A stretch of DNA of 64,000 nt from Balanoglossus misakiensis (lineage: Eukaryota; Animalia; Hemichordata): positions 6,153,097-6,217,096 of the forward strand of contig CM082598.2 of the NCBI GenBank assembly GCA_040954595.2, in the 5' to 3' direction. Within the stretch, counting starts at the first letter, position 1; each line of letters begins with the position of its first letter. The position numbers and the translations under genes are program-made. Below the pieces are notes generated by a model. That model searched no databases. It was not told the origin of the DNA and worked only from the letters and a program-made list of their open reading frames with translations. Shown one piece after another: positions 39,823 through 52,900 of the stretch.

Positions 39823-42800
39823 GTAAGTGACTTTTGAACTGAATTTACGTTGTCCGTCTCATCATGGACACCCATAATCTATCAACAGGTGTTTCCGAAT
39901 AAATATCTGTCTGCTGAGATTATTCATGTTTCAGGTAGACTGAAACATTTAATGGTCACAATTTACAAATTACCGGACAGAATGTGTCGCAGCAAAATGT
40001 AAGTTGTGAAAACTTGACAGATTGTCGATGAAATTCAACACTGCAGACGGCAACTTGTAGACACGGCAATATATGTGTGCTTACATTTGCATGTGGGCTC
40101 CAATTGCAAGTAAGCTCAAATCAGCTCTGTACTATTAATTAAATGCGCGAATTTTACACCTAAAATGTTAGTCCAAATGCGACTCTTGTTCTACATGACA
40201 TAAAATGACTGTCCAAACGAAACATCTGTGGAAAGGTGAACCAGTCAGTCAATCCGTGAATTCTGAGTGAGGTGTCTGTGTTGGATCGAGAGACTGTGAG
40301 TGGGGCACACAACTTGTAACAATTAAAGGCAATAGATCGTCTCACACGCAAGCGCGTAATTTGCATTCAAATAGTGCACTGCCTTCGCTTCATTCCATAT
40401 TTCAGGCGCACCGTATAAGTAGATTCTGGTTTTGTCCCTCCTATTCACCCATGCATTAGCTAGTGTCTTTTCCCGATCTCCGACACAGATTATGGTCGCC
40501 GCCATATTTTTGTTGTTAGGACAGAGCACTGCCTTATGGCATTGGCTGTTCACTAAACGTCTGTAGCCAGCGGCTACAGCTGGAACATCCGTGTGAGACG
40601 AGCTAGGCGCTTTAACATCATGGAAACTGTTCGTTGATTGTGCTGGACGTACAAAGTTTTGACAAGTAATAAACTGCTCGTCACATTTTATTATCACAAT
40701 CCAAAGTGTTCAATCTATGTCTGTATTACTGTATAGTCAATCATTCTCGAGTCTGATTAGCATCTCTACAGTGGCTCACTCCACATAGATACCAATTACC
40801 ATATCAACAGACAATGACCTTTCTGACCTGTGCGAGTTCATTCAAGGTGACACAAATGTCCAATGAAAGCGAAGGGTGTTTCAGCCGCACTCAGTTTAAT
40901 GTCATGCTAACCTATGATCACTTGGTTTTTGTAGCTATGATAGAAAATTATTCATGTCATTCTTGTTAGTGAAACGAATTGTTTATCGACCACATTCTTG
41001 AACACCAATTGTGTCTGCAATAAAGTTATTGTGTTATTTCTCACATACCTACTAACAGAAATTGCTAGAGAAAAACTACATAGGGAAAGTGTATACAGAA
41101 TGACAAAAAGAAAATATATGAATTTCAAAAGATTGTGAATTTCTACCCTCCCCTGGTGGTGATACACTCAGGCAAAATAGCGATCCATGCATGTTCCCAA
41201 AACTATCACAGAGAAGGGGACGCTTTCCAGTTATCATCACAGTCTTCAAAAATGAAAAAAATGGTACATCTTACAACAATGTTCAAATGAGATTTGAAAT
41301 ACAGATGGGTGACTAAACCAGAGTTCTTTGTATTAGAAACAATGGTCTTGCTTTGTATTTGTATTATGGCATTATCTGTCCTAGTTTTTGTAAATTAGGA
41401 GCTAAGGGGGCTTTTGTCCCCTTTTGCCAGAATATTTGAGGGGGATTCCAGTCTGGCAAAGGGGGAATGTTATATCTTCAACATGTGAGTGACATCATTT
41501 TAAAGGGCACTGGTCCCCCTTTGACAATTAAATTGCTAGGGGGTACCAACATGTCAATAGAGGGTGAATCCCCCCCCCCCCCCCCCCCCCCCGTCTAGAT
41601 GAAAAACTGATATTTCACAAATTGTCTTTTTTGTTCTTGAAATTCCTGGAAATGATACGCCTCTTGAAATTTTATGGGGGAGCAATGTCTAATTTCACTA
41701 AGAGTGCCGTTACTGGTTTTGTATTTCTGTTCTCCTGTTGCCCTTTGGAGATCTTGCTGTTTTGTCTTGGAGAAGAGTGATTGTGTTGTCTTTGTTTTCT
41801 CACAACATGATGTCATCATTTGTTATTCAAATTGATATGATCATATTTTGTCTTCATAATTCGTCATTAATGAAGATTTCAATGTTTTCCTTTTATATTA
41901 CTGTTGTTTATGATTGCATTTTGAGACTATTTTGATGAAAGAAGTTTTGCTTGTTGAATGTAACAGGTTCTCATCGATGCCGCACGGAGTGGTAATGTTG
42001 CAAAGATTCAGTCGCTGATAGATGATGGATATGATGTCAATGCAAGGGGTAAATACCTAGGAAGGGTAAGTGTTCGTATTGACCAATGTTTGATACAGAG
42101 TCATCGCTCAGGGCTAGCGTTTGATATTTTATTTTTCACATGCAGTGCACGCGAGAGCTGAAAAAAATGTGCTTGAAACTGTATTTCAATTACGTGCAAC
42201 AAAATAACTTTAGACAGCTTGGGTTTCTTGTAAGTAAAAACTTTTAATTATAGAAATATCTTTTTAAAACAACGAATTTTGTTGAAATAAAGTGGATTCT
42301 TGATGCAAGCAAGATATTCCTAATGTCAATTCTTCCAGAAAAGATAAACTTACAGACACGGAGATGTCTGCTGCAAACAGTTTGCGCAATGTTGAATGCA
42401 CCCTCAACAAATTTTTTCTAGGTATTTTTAAGGTCAACTATGGCGTTCCAAGTTCTCCGTGGCAGGAATTAATTCTCAACTGGGGCATTTTTTAAGGTCC
42501 TTCGCACTTTCCTGTTTGCAAATACATCATTGCAGGTCACAACACCGCTTTCTATAGCACCCCTGATGCTGTTACTGTAATAGCACTAGCTGAACCACAT
42601 TGAACAAAAGAATTACTGTAGACTGATATCATGTTCACACTGGGTGAGACTAGAAACATTTCAGAGGAACTTTTTGTCATTTGTAAACACAGATGATGAA
42701 TCTTTTGTGCTGGTTTGTGTGCTCTCACACACACACAAACACATTAAGTTAAAGCATAGACCCTGGAACTAGATCGCCCCATAAACAATGTGTTGTGGAG

Positions 42801-45800
42801 AGGTGTTAATCCTTTACACCACAGGTTTGGCCAGCAAAAATCATCACAAATCAGAAATGTTCCACGACCACTTTAACTGTTCACATGTAATATTTCATGC
42901 CAGCATTTGACCAGAGACGTTTCAGAAACATTTCAATGGTCTCTGTGTGAATGCCATATGAGTGACTGGCTTTTCACACAACAATAACACTGAATCAACT
43001 AGACATCTATGAACTCCCAAAATACCACACACTCCCAAAATGATATCACAACACCACATTTAGATTCTGCAAAAACAGACCTACACTAGCCCACAAATAT
43101 AAATAATCTCAATTCAGCGCGGACTGTTTCATCAAAAGTTCCAGTTTTACCTAGTGTGAACATGGTATCAGTCTACAGTTTTGTTCATTGTGGTTCAACC
43201 ACATGCAGTAAAACCTGTCAAAATGGACCTGTCTTATCTGGAAAACTGTCTATAATGAACTCATTTTCCTGTCCCCTTGACATAGAACCACGTGTTAAAA
43301 GAACCTTTACAAACCGGAAACGTCTGTAAACTGAACAATTTCTTCTGTCTCTTTGGTGTTCGGTTTAGACAGGTTTTACTGTACATGTATTGGTCATATT
43401 GTCACTCAACCTCAGAAAAAATTACCATTATTATGATCATTCGCTTTCAAATCGATCTCAGTCTATTTCTGAAATAGCACACCATCTTAAATCAAAACCA
43501 TTATTACAAGCTTTAAGAGTGACTGAAGCTCATTGTGATGAAATTCCTAGAGTTTCTTCATCAAAAGATCAAGCAGTTGACTCACATTTCAAGTATCAGA
43601 TTGGTGATGTCATTTTTATTCCAACTTTAAACGTCTTCATTGCAGGATGGTTCCACAGCATTGCACGCCGCATCCGGGAAAGGTGGATTTGATGCTGTCA
43701 GGGTGTTGATTAGCCATGGTGCAGAGGTCAATGCGAAGGATGAGGTACGTGAACTGACTCATTACTTCATTTTGGATAACATGGTCACACTATTGAATAG
43801 GTAAAGAAATGCCTTTTGAAAAGACCTAATTAAAACACTATATTATTTACATCCATAATAACTTTGCATGATCAAAATTCAATGGGAAGGAACAATCCAA
43901 CCCGTGAACAAGAAGAGGGAAAAGCCAAAAAGTATTACCCATACTGATTAAGTTTTACTAACTATGATAGCCTTGGGATCTAGCCATAGGAAGGACAGAA
44001 GGACACATATTACTCTAAATTCAAAAATCTTTACAATTTGGCCAAAGAGGTTGAAGCATGCTATATTTGACACAGTTTGTGCCCAAATGAAAAAATATGT
44101 TCCAGAAAGTAATTTTGGATGGATTTTTTTGTGTTTCACCAAAATTGCACATTTTTTGTCGTTTTTCAAGCCGTCTCTGACATTATGCTGGCATTTTTTT
44201 TTTAAAATCTTCCAGACCCCCCCCCCCCTAATATCAAATGGTCCTCCCCTAACTAAGCTATGAAGACTTAAACTTCCAATGTCAAAAACTATATGACCAG
44301 TCAAAGCGTTTTCCTCGCTGTTAGAATCAATTAAGATTCTTCACTGTCATACTTTGATCTGTATTCACTTTAACAGTCAGCAATTTTCATTTTGTGTGTG
44401 TGGAAGGACTGTGGATTATCCTTTCAAATCAGTCAGTATGCCATTCTTGGTTGTTTTTGCAATATGGCTGATACTTTTGATATTTTTAAAATTTATTTTC
44501 TGTTTGTTTGTTTGTTTGTTAGGTCCCATTGGTATGTACCATGGGACCTTATGGGATCGGTTGTGTCTGTATGTATGTATGGATGTATGGATGTATGTCT
44601 GTATGTCCGTCCACATCAAAAACTTGAAAACCGCTGGGCGTATGACCTCGATATTTGGTGTGTGGATGCAGGCAGGGCTGTAGATGGGAGTTTGTTCAAA
44701 TGAAGTTGTCATTGCCAAAAATATGCAAATTAGCTGGGAAAATGTGAAATTGATCAAAACTCAATAACTCGACAACCACTGGTCATATTGATTTGAAAAT
44801 TGGTATGCATGTACCTTATGTCAACCTCATTCAGTCCTGTATATTTTGAGCTAATATTATCTATTTCCTATTTTTTATGCATTTTTTTTGTCTTTTTCCA
44901 TGGTATTGGTAAAAAGTCTTCATTTCTGAAAGTGATTGGCTTACTTCTTTGAAATTTAGTATGAAGCTTCCTAATGGTTGTCTGAGTAACCATCGTTTTG
45001 TTCAAATTGTTGCAAAATTTGCGTATTTATAATTTTGAGCAATATTTGCCATTACTGGTCATTTTTTTTCTTTAAAAGCGCATGCCAGATTGCTTTGCAA
45101 TTCGGTAGGCATGTTCGTAGGGGTAACCTAAGTAATATGTTGTAAAAAAATGTGATATTTGCATAAATGTGTTATCAGGGAAACTTTTGCAATTTTTGTC
45201 AAAAATTGTTTTCTCTGAAACCGCTTGTCATATTGCATTGAACATTGGCAGGCATGTTCCTTGTAGTGATTGATGTAAGATATTGTACAATTTTGGTGAT
45301 ATTTGCATATTTGTATTTTTGCCACTTTTGAACAAATATTTTCTGTAAAACTGCTTGTTGGATTGCTTTGAAATTTTTTTTTCTCTGATTGCTATGAAAT
45401 TTAGGATGTAATTTCATAACATATACATGTATATGTGCAACTTTTATTCAATTCTGATATCAGAAATATTCAATATTTAGCGAGTTTTTTTGTAAGTTTC
45501 TTAGTTTTTGGTTAGCAAATCTTCTCCTAAACCAATTGTCCAGTTGTTTTTAAAGTTACTATTTACAAGGAGTTGTTACCCCGAACTAAAACATGTTTAC
45601 ATAACTTTAATAGGCCAGCTGTTACAGAGACCACCAGCTATTAAATTTTTAATTACCAGTGGCAGGTCAGCGTGTGTCTGTCTGTGTGTCTATGTGTTCA
45701 AGGGCTGACTGAAAGAAGTTGCTTCTCATATGTGTTTGTACAGAAAATTTGTTGTCAATTTTTTTTCTAGCATCACTTGTAAGACTGCCATGACACATGA

Positions 45801-46947
45801 CAGTTTATTGGGCACGTTTCTTGTTAATTTTTTTTACATTCCATATTTCTATATCGTAAGATCATATCTGCTTGTAATGTCACCTGTAATTTTTATTCTG
45901 GTGTGTCACTGTTTCCGCATAATCCTCAAATGGGACCACAGTGTCCTTGACGCTATTTTTTTTTGCATTGTTTATCCCCAATCTTTTGTGTTTTAAATAA
46001 TAACCTCATTTTGGACACTGTGGTACAGCGTTTTCTTCTGTCCATCCGTAGACAGATTTTGTTCCACTCATAACTCGAGAGAAATTGAATCCAATGATAT
46101 GAAAGTTTGTATGTAGCATTGTTATGATAAGATCTACATCTGATTAGATTTTAGTGGTTGTGGCTTATTAATTAAATGCTCATTTGCCTCAAATCAGCCA
46201 TACACACCAAGTCTTTTAAAAGGGAAAAGTCTCTCTCTCTCTCACTGCCCTATTTTCATTAATTATGTTTGATATAAGATGCCGTTAATATTATTGTACA
46301 TGTGGATATATAGTGAATCAACGTTCAACCACACACAACTTCAGCCCCGTTTGTAGGATATGAGTGTAAAGTACTTTTAAAATACATTTTTTATGCAACC
46401 AGTCCACACTCATGATCAGTTTTGTGTCAGAATTATAGTCATAGCAACTTTTCAAGTAAGACTTTACCAGAAGAACTTGTTTTCGTTGCGGCTCTGATTG
46501 GGGCCGTTTTAAACTGGGGTTTGTTTGGCGACTTTTAGGACCGAAGGAGGGAAGCGCAGCCATGGTCACATAACATATGCCATGCGGGGGACTTGCTGGG
46601 GTCGGGGGTACTTGTTGACGGTGCCAATATTTTCTAGGTATTTTTAGGGGTTAACTACAGTGTTTCAAGTTCTCCGTGGCGGGAATTAATACTCATCTGG
46701 GGCATTTTTCAAGGTCTATCGCAATTTCCTGTTTGCAAATACATCAATGCAGTTTGCCACACTGCTTTCTATAGCACCCCTGATGCTGTTACTGTAATAG
46801 CACTAGCTGAACCACATTGAACAAAAGAATTACTGTAGACTGACACCATTTTCACACTGGGTGAGACTAGAAACATTTCAGAGACACTGTATGTCTTTTG
46901 TAATCACAGCTGATGTTGAATCTCTGGTGCTGGTTTGTGTCCTCACG

Positions 46948-46978
<31 letters not shown>

Positions 46979-49900
46979 ACACTCACACACACACACACAA
47001 AGTTAAAGCATATTCCCTGGACATAGATCGCCCCATAGACAATGTGTTGTGGAGAGGTGTTAATCCTTTACACCACAGGTCTGGCCAGCAAAAACCGTCA
47101 CAAATCTGAAACGTTCCAGGACCACTTTGACTGTTCACATGTAATATTTTATTCCAGCATTTGAGCAGAGACATTTCAGAAACATTTCAATGGTCTCTGT
47201 GTGAATGCCATGTGAGTGACTGGCTTTTCACACATTAATAACACTGAATCAACTAGATATCTATGAACTCCCAAAATACCACACACTCCCAAAGTGATAT
47301 CACAACATCACATTTAGATTGTCCAAAAACAGACCTACACCAGCCCACAAATATAAATAATCTCAATTCAGCGCGGAATGTTTCATTAACAGTTCCAGTT
47401 TTACCCAGTGTGAACATGGTATCAGTCTACAGTTTTGTTCAATGTGGTTCAACCACATGCAGTAAAACCTGTTGAAATGGACCTGTCTTATCTGGAAAAC
47501 TGTCTATAATGAACACATTTTCCTGTCCCTTTTGACATAGAACCACGTGTTAAAAGAACCTTTACAAACCGGAAATGTCTGTAAACTGAACAATTTCTTC
47601 TGTCCCTTCGGTGTTCAGATTAGAGGGGTTTTACTGTACATGTATTTTGGTCATAGAGAATTGTCACTCAACCTCAGAAAAAATTACCATTGTTATGATC
47701 TTTCAGTTTCAAATCTATCTCAGTCTATTACTGAAATAGCACACCATATCTTAAATCAAAACCATTATTACAATAGTGACTGAAGCTCATTGTGATGAAA
47801 TTCCTAGTTTCTTCATCAAAAGATCAAGCAGTTGACTCACATTGCAAGTATCAGATTTGTGATGTCATTTTTATTCCAACATTAAACGTCTTTATTCCAG
47901 GATGATTCCACAGCATTGCATGTAGCGTCCTTCGAAGGTAAATTGGATGCTGTCAGGGTGTTGATTAGCCATGGTGCAGATGTCAATGCGAAGAATGGGG
48001 TACGTGAACTGACTTATCACTTTATTAGGTCCCATTGGTATAGGCCTATATACCATGGGACCTTATGGGATGGGTTGCGTCTGTATGTATGTATGGATGG
48101 ATGGATGTATGGATGTATGGATGTATGGATGTATGTCTGTATGTCCGTCCACATCAAAAACTTGAAAACCGCTGCGCGTATCACCTCAATATTTGGTGTG
48201 TAGGTGCAGGCTGGGCTGTAGATGGGAGTTTGTACAAACGAAGTTGCCAGGCCCAAAAATATGCAAATTAGCTTGTAAAATGTGAAATTGATCAAAACTC
48301 TGTAAGTCAACAATTACTGGTCAGATTGCTTTGAAAATTGATATGTATGTACCTTATGTCAACCTCACACCGACCTGTAAGTGTTAAGTTGATATCATGG
48401 ATGTTTTATTTTTTATGAATTTTTTAGTCTTTTTATTAAATTTATACCTTTACTTATACCTCTATGGTTAAGCTATGTCCACGTCTTATTGTGGAATTCT
48501 GGTCTGTGCAATAGTCCTGTACAGTGACTGTCTATTGGCCAGTGAGCACAATGGGGCCAAAATAAAAGGCAAATTTTTGGGCTCACCTGTAACACCTGCT
48601 TAACACATTAATTATGTGCATACCTAATTCCGGGCTAATTAATAGGGCTAGAGGTTTCGTTCTTGTGGGACATGGACCAGTATAGGGTCAAAATTTCTTG
48701 CCCAAATTTTGGGTGAACTCAGGTGACCTTTGACCTACTTTCCTATATCTGGGCATCCAGAGCAGGTACAGACTTGGCGTTTGGAGGGTTGGGACTAAAA
48801 TTGAAAAGCCAAAATATGGGTCACCTGTGACACCTGCATATCTCATTAATTATGTGCATACCTAATTCCAGGCTAACAAATAGGGCTATAGGTTTGGTTT
48901 TTGTTGAACATGGACCAGTATAGGGTCAAAATTTCTTGCCCAAATTTTGCATGACCTCAGGTGACCTTTGACCTACTTTTCCATATCTTGGCATCCAGAG
49001 CAGGTACAGACTTGGCGTTTGGAGGATTAGCACTAAAATTGAGAAGCCAAAATTGGGGGTCACCTGTGACACCTGCATATCTCATTAATTATGTGCATAC
49101 CTAATTCCAGGCTAACCAATAAGGCTATAGGTTTGGTTTTTGTTGAACATGGACCAGTATAGGGTCAAAATTTCTTGACCAAATTTTGCATGACCTTAGG
49201 TGACCTTTGACCTACTTTACCATATCTTGGCATCTAGAGCAGGTACAGACTTGGCGTTTGGAGGGTTGGCACTAAAATTGAAAAGCCAAAATTGGGGGTC
49301 ACCTGTGACACCTGCATATCTCATTAATTATGTGCATACCTAATCCTAGGCTAACCAATAAGGCTATAGGTTTGGTTTTTATTGAACATGGACCAGTATA
49401 AGGTCAAAATGTCTTGCCCAAATTTTGCATGACCTCAGGTGACCTTTGACCTACTTTATCATATCTTGGCATCCAGAGCAGATACAGACTTCGCGTTTGG
49501 AGGGTTGGGACTAAAATTGAAAAGCCAAAATATGGGTCATCTGTGACACCTGCATATCTCATTAATTATGTGCATACCTAATTACAGGCTAACCAATAGG
49601 GCTATAGGTTTGGTTTTTGTTCAACTTGGACCAGTATAGGGTCAAAATTTCTTGCCCAAATTTTGCATGACCTCAGGTGACCTTTGACCTACTTTTCCAT
49701 ATCTTGCCATCCATTGCTATGTTGCTATGTGCTATGTCCTCAAATGGGACCACAGTGTCCTTGACGCTATTTTTATGGATAACGTGGCCACACAATTGGA
49801 TAATAAAAAAATGCCTTTGAAAAAGACCTAATTACAACACTCTTATTTTCATCCAAAATTACTTGGCATGATCAAAATTCAATGGGAAGAAACAAGCTAA

Positions 49901-52900
49901 CCCCTGAACAAGAAGAGGGAAAGGCCATAAAGTATTACCCATACTGATTTAGTTTTACTAACCATGATACCCTTGGGATCCAGCCATAGGAAGGACAGAA
50001 GGACACATTGTACTCTAAATTTAACAATCTTTACAATTTAGCCAAAGATGTTGAACCATAGTGTATTTGACACAGTTTGTGCCTAATGAATAAATATGTT
50101 CCAGAAAGTAAATTTTGATGGATTTTTTTGTGTTTCACCAAAGTTTTTCAAGCCATCTCTGAAATTTTGCTGGCAATCTTCTTTTTAAATCTTCCAGATC
50201 CCACCCATCCCTAACTAAGCTATGAAGACTTAAACTTCCAATGTCAAAAACTATATGACCAGTCAAAGCATTTTCCTCGCTGTTAGAATCAATTGAGATT
50301 CTTCACTGTCATTCTTTGATCTGTATTCACTTTAACAGTCGGCAATTTTCATTGTGTGTGTGTGGAAGGACTGTGGATTATACTTTCAAATCAGTCAGTA
50401 TGCCATTCTTGGTTGTTTTTTGCAATATGACTGATGCTATGATATTTTTTATTTATTTGTAGGTTTGTTTGTTTGTTTACACCTCACATTTAAGTGTTTA
50501 TTTGTTTGTTTTAAGAAACCTCACATTACATTTCAATTTTTGTGACATTGTTCCCATGCTTCTCCTTCATTACTTACAGGATGGAGACACCCCTTTGCAT
50601 GATGCAGCAGGGTATGGTGATGAAGGCTGTACCAGATTGTTATTGGAACACAAAGCTGATGTGACCATACAAAACAAGGTAATTACCAACTTGATTTCTG
50701 CAGGTTAATTCTAAAAGTATGAGCTTTCTCGATAGTCCCAATTTCCACTGTAGTTTTCTTGGTAAATTGTGTCTGGGATACAATGTATGTATTTGCCATT
50801 GTCCTTTGAATCAAAACTACTCCCTCTATCGGCCAGGTGTTGTACAGACAGGTGTTGACTGATGATGGTCGATGCCAATCCTATCACAGGGAGTATCAGA
50901 TAGGGCGATTGTCTCTCGGCCTCCAGCATCTGCCAACTCCTGTCTGTCACCTAATACAATTCATCATAAGGAGGTGCCATATAAGTTGTCACTGTCCTTT
51001 GAATCAAAACTACCCCCTCTATCGAGTCAGGTGTTGTACAGACACAGGCAAGTATTGATTCATGATGATGATGTGATTGTCTCTCCTATCTCTGAAACAT
51101 TTTATCTCAACTGTGAGCAATTTGGAGTTATGAGAAAGGGGGATTATCAGCATCTGCCAACAACTGTCTTGTCGAACATAAGGATGTTGTTGTTTTTTGC
51201 ATTGTTTATCCTCAATCTTTTGTGTTTTAAATAATAACATCATTTTTGGACACTGTGGCGCATTGATTTCTGTCTGTCCGTCTGTAGACAGATTTTGTTC
51301 CACTCATAACTTGAGAGAAATTGAATCCAATGATATGAAATTTGGTATGTAGCATTGTTATGATAAGATCTAGATCTGATTAGATTTTGGTGGGTGTGGC
51401 ATATTAATGCTCATTTGCATATTTAATGATGTCTTGTGATTAGGCCATACCTCCAAAAATACTCAATCAAATTTAGTGGAACTTTGTTCATAATTTTTAC
51501 ATTACTCATTACCAACAATATGATGAAAGTTGAGTGGGTTTCACTTAATTAATTCTCATTTCCAAAATTAATGAATTAATGAAATTAGGCTATAGCTCAA
51601 AACTGTCTCAAGCTAATTTGGCGCTGTGCTAGAGGGACTTCGTAATAATAAAACTATCTTTAATTCATGAATATTTCTGTGAACAACATCATGAACACTG
51701 ATATTTGTGTGATTGGTGCCAAGTATAACTAATACATTTTGTTACATAGTCCCATCTAGCGGTGAGAATTATCTCAACTTTGGATCTGATACTCTCTCAG
51801 TCACTCATGACAGCTTTTCCCCACACAGATTTAGACGTGGTGGGTATTGCTGATTTGCCTCATATTGGCCATACACACCAAGTCTATTAAAGGGAAAAAG
51901 TCTCTCTCTCTCGCTGCCCTTTTTCCATTAATTATGTTTGATACAAGACGCTGTTAATGTTATTCTACATGTGGATATATAGTGAATCAACATTCAACCC
52001 CACATAATTTCCATCCCGTTTGTAAGATATGAGAGTAAAAAGCTCGCCAAAATGAATAAATGGTAAACACCGATTATTCATTTTGGAGAGTTTTTCACTC
52101 TCCTGCCTGCAAGTGGGATGGAAGTTGTGTGTGGCCGAACGTTGATTCACTATATATCCACATGTAGAATAACATAAACTGTGTCTTGTATCAAACGTCA
52201 TAATTAATAGAAAAAGGCAGCGAGAGGGAGAGACTTTGTCCCTTTAATATTCATGAGTTTACTTTTCTTGTTTACGTACACTCTTATAACGATTGGAAAT
52301 CTTGAGAATGGCTATTACATCAAGTTGACAACCCCCACACAAGTACATCATGTACATAAACAAAAATAGTCTGGTGTGTGGAGCCGCCTCCCTTTTTTTA
52401 CAGGAAGTACTTTCGAAATATTTTATGAAATATTCAGTCCACACTCATGATCAGTTTTGTGTCAGAATTATAGTCATAGCAACATTTCGAGTAAGACTTT
52501 ACCAGAAGAACTTGTTTTTGTTGTGGCTCTGATTGGGGCCGTTTTAAACTGGGGTTTGTTTGGCGACTTTTAGGACCGAAGGAGGGAAGCGCAGCCATGG
52601 TCACATCACGCATGCCATGTTGGGGACTTGCTTGGGGAGGGGGTGCTTGTTGACGGTGCCGAGAGAAGTCAGCCAGTTTGAGCTTGTACTTCAGGCCGAA
52701 TAGCGCAGTGCCGACCCTATTTACCTCTTATAAACTTTATAAAGTATAATACATTGTAACACTAAATTGTTCAGTCGACCGATTTTTTTCATCATTCTGA
52801 GCAACACGGCGGCAGCGTTTGGATTGCTCTTTCTCTTGGAAATTGCTCAAGCTTATAAAACATGAGGTCTGTGCGGTTCCACTCCTCAGCTTCTCATCAC

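Larger units (their letters stand above)
42420..50470 (+). repeat. Intragenic duplication of a ~2.1-kb intron-exon-intron block
   Basis: ~42420-44520 matches ~46635-48024 plus ~49775-50470; the second copy is split by a HINE insertion. Confidence 0.88.

Noticed and set aside
38993-42200. Single transposon-like ends (TTAACCCT at 38993, poly-C...GATGAAAAACTG at ~41570-41610, CAGGGCTAGCG at ~42110)
   Set aside because: No matching second TIR or TSD found, so boundaries cannot be supported.
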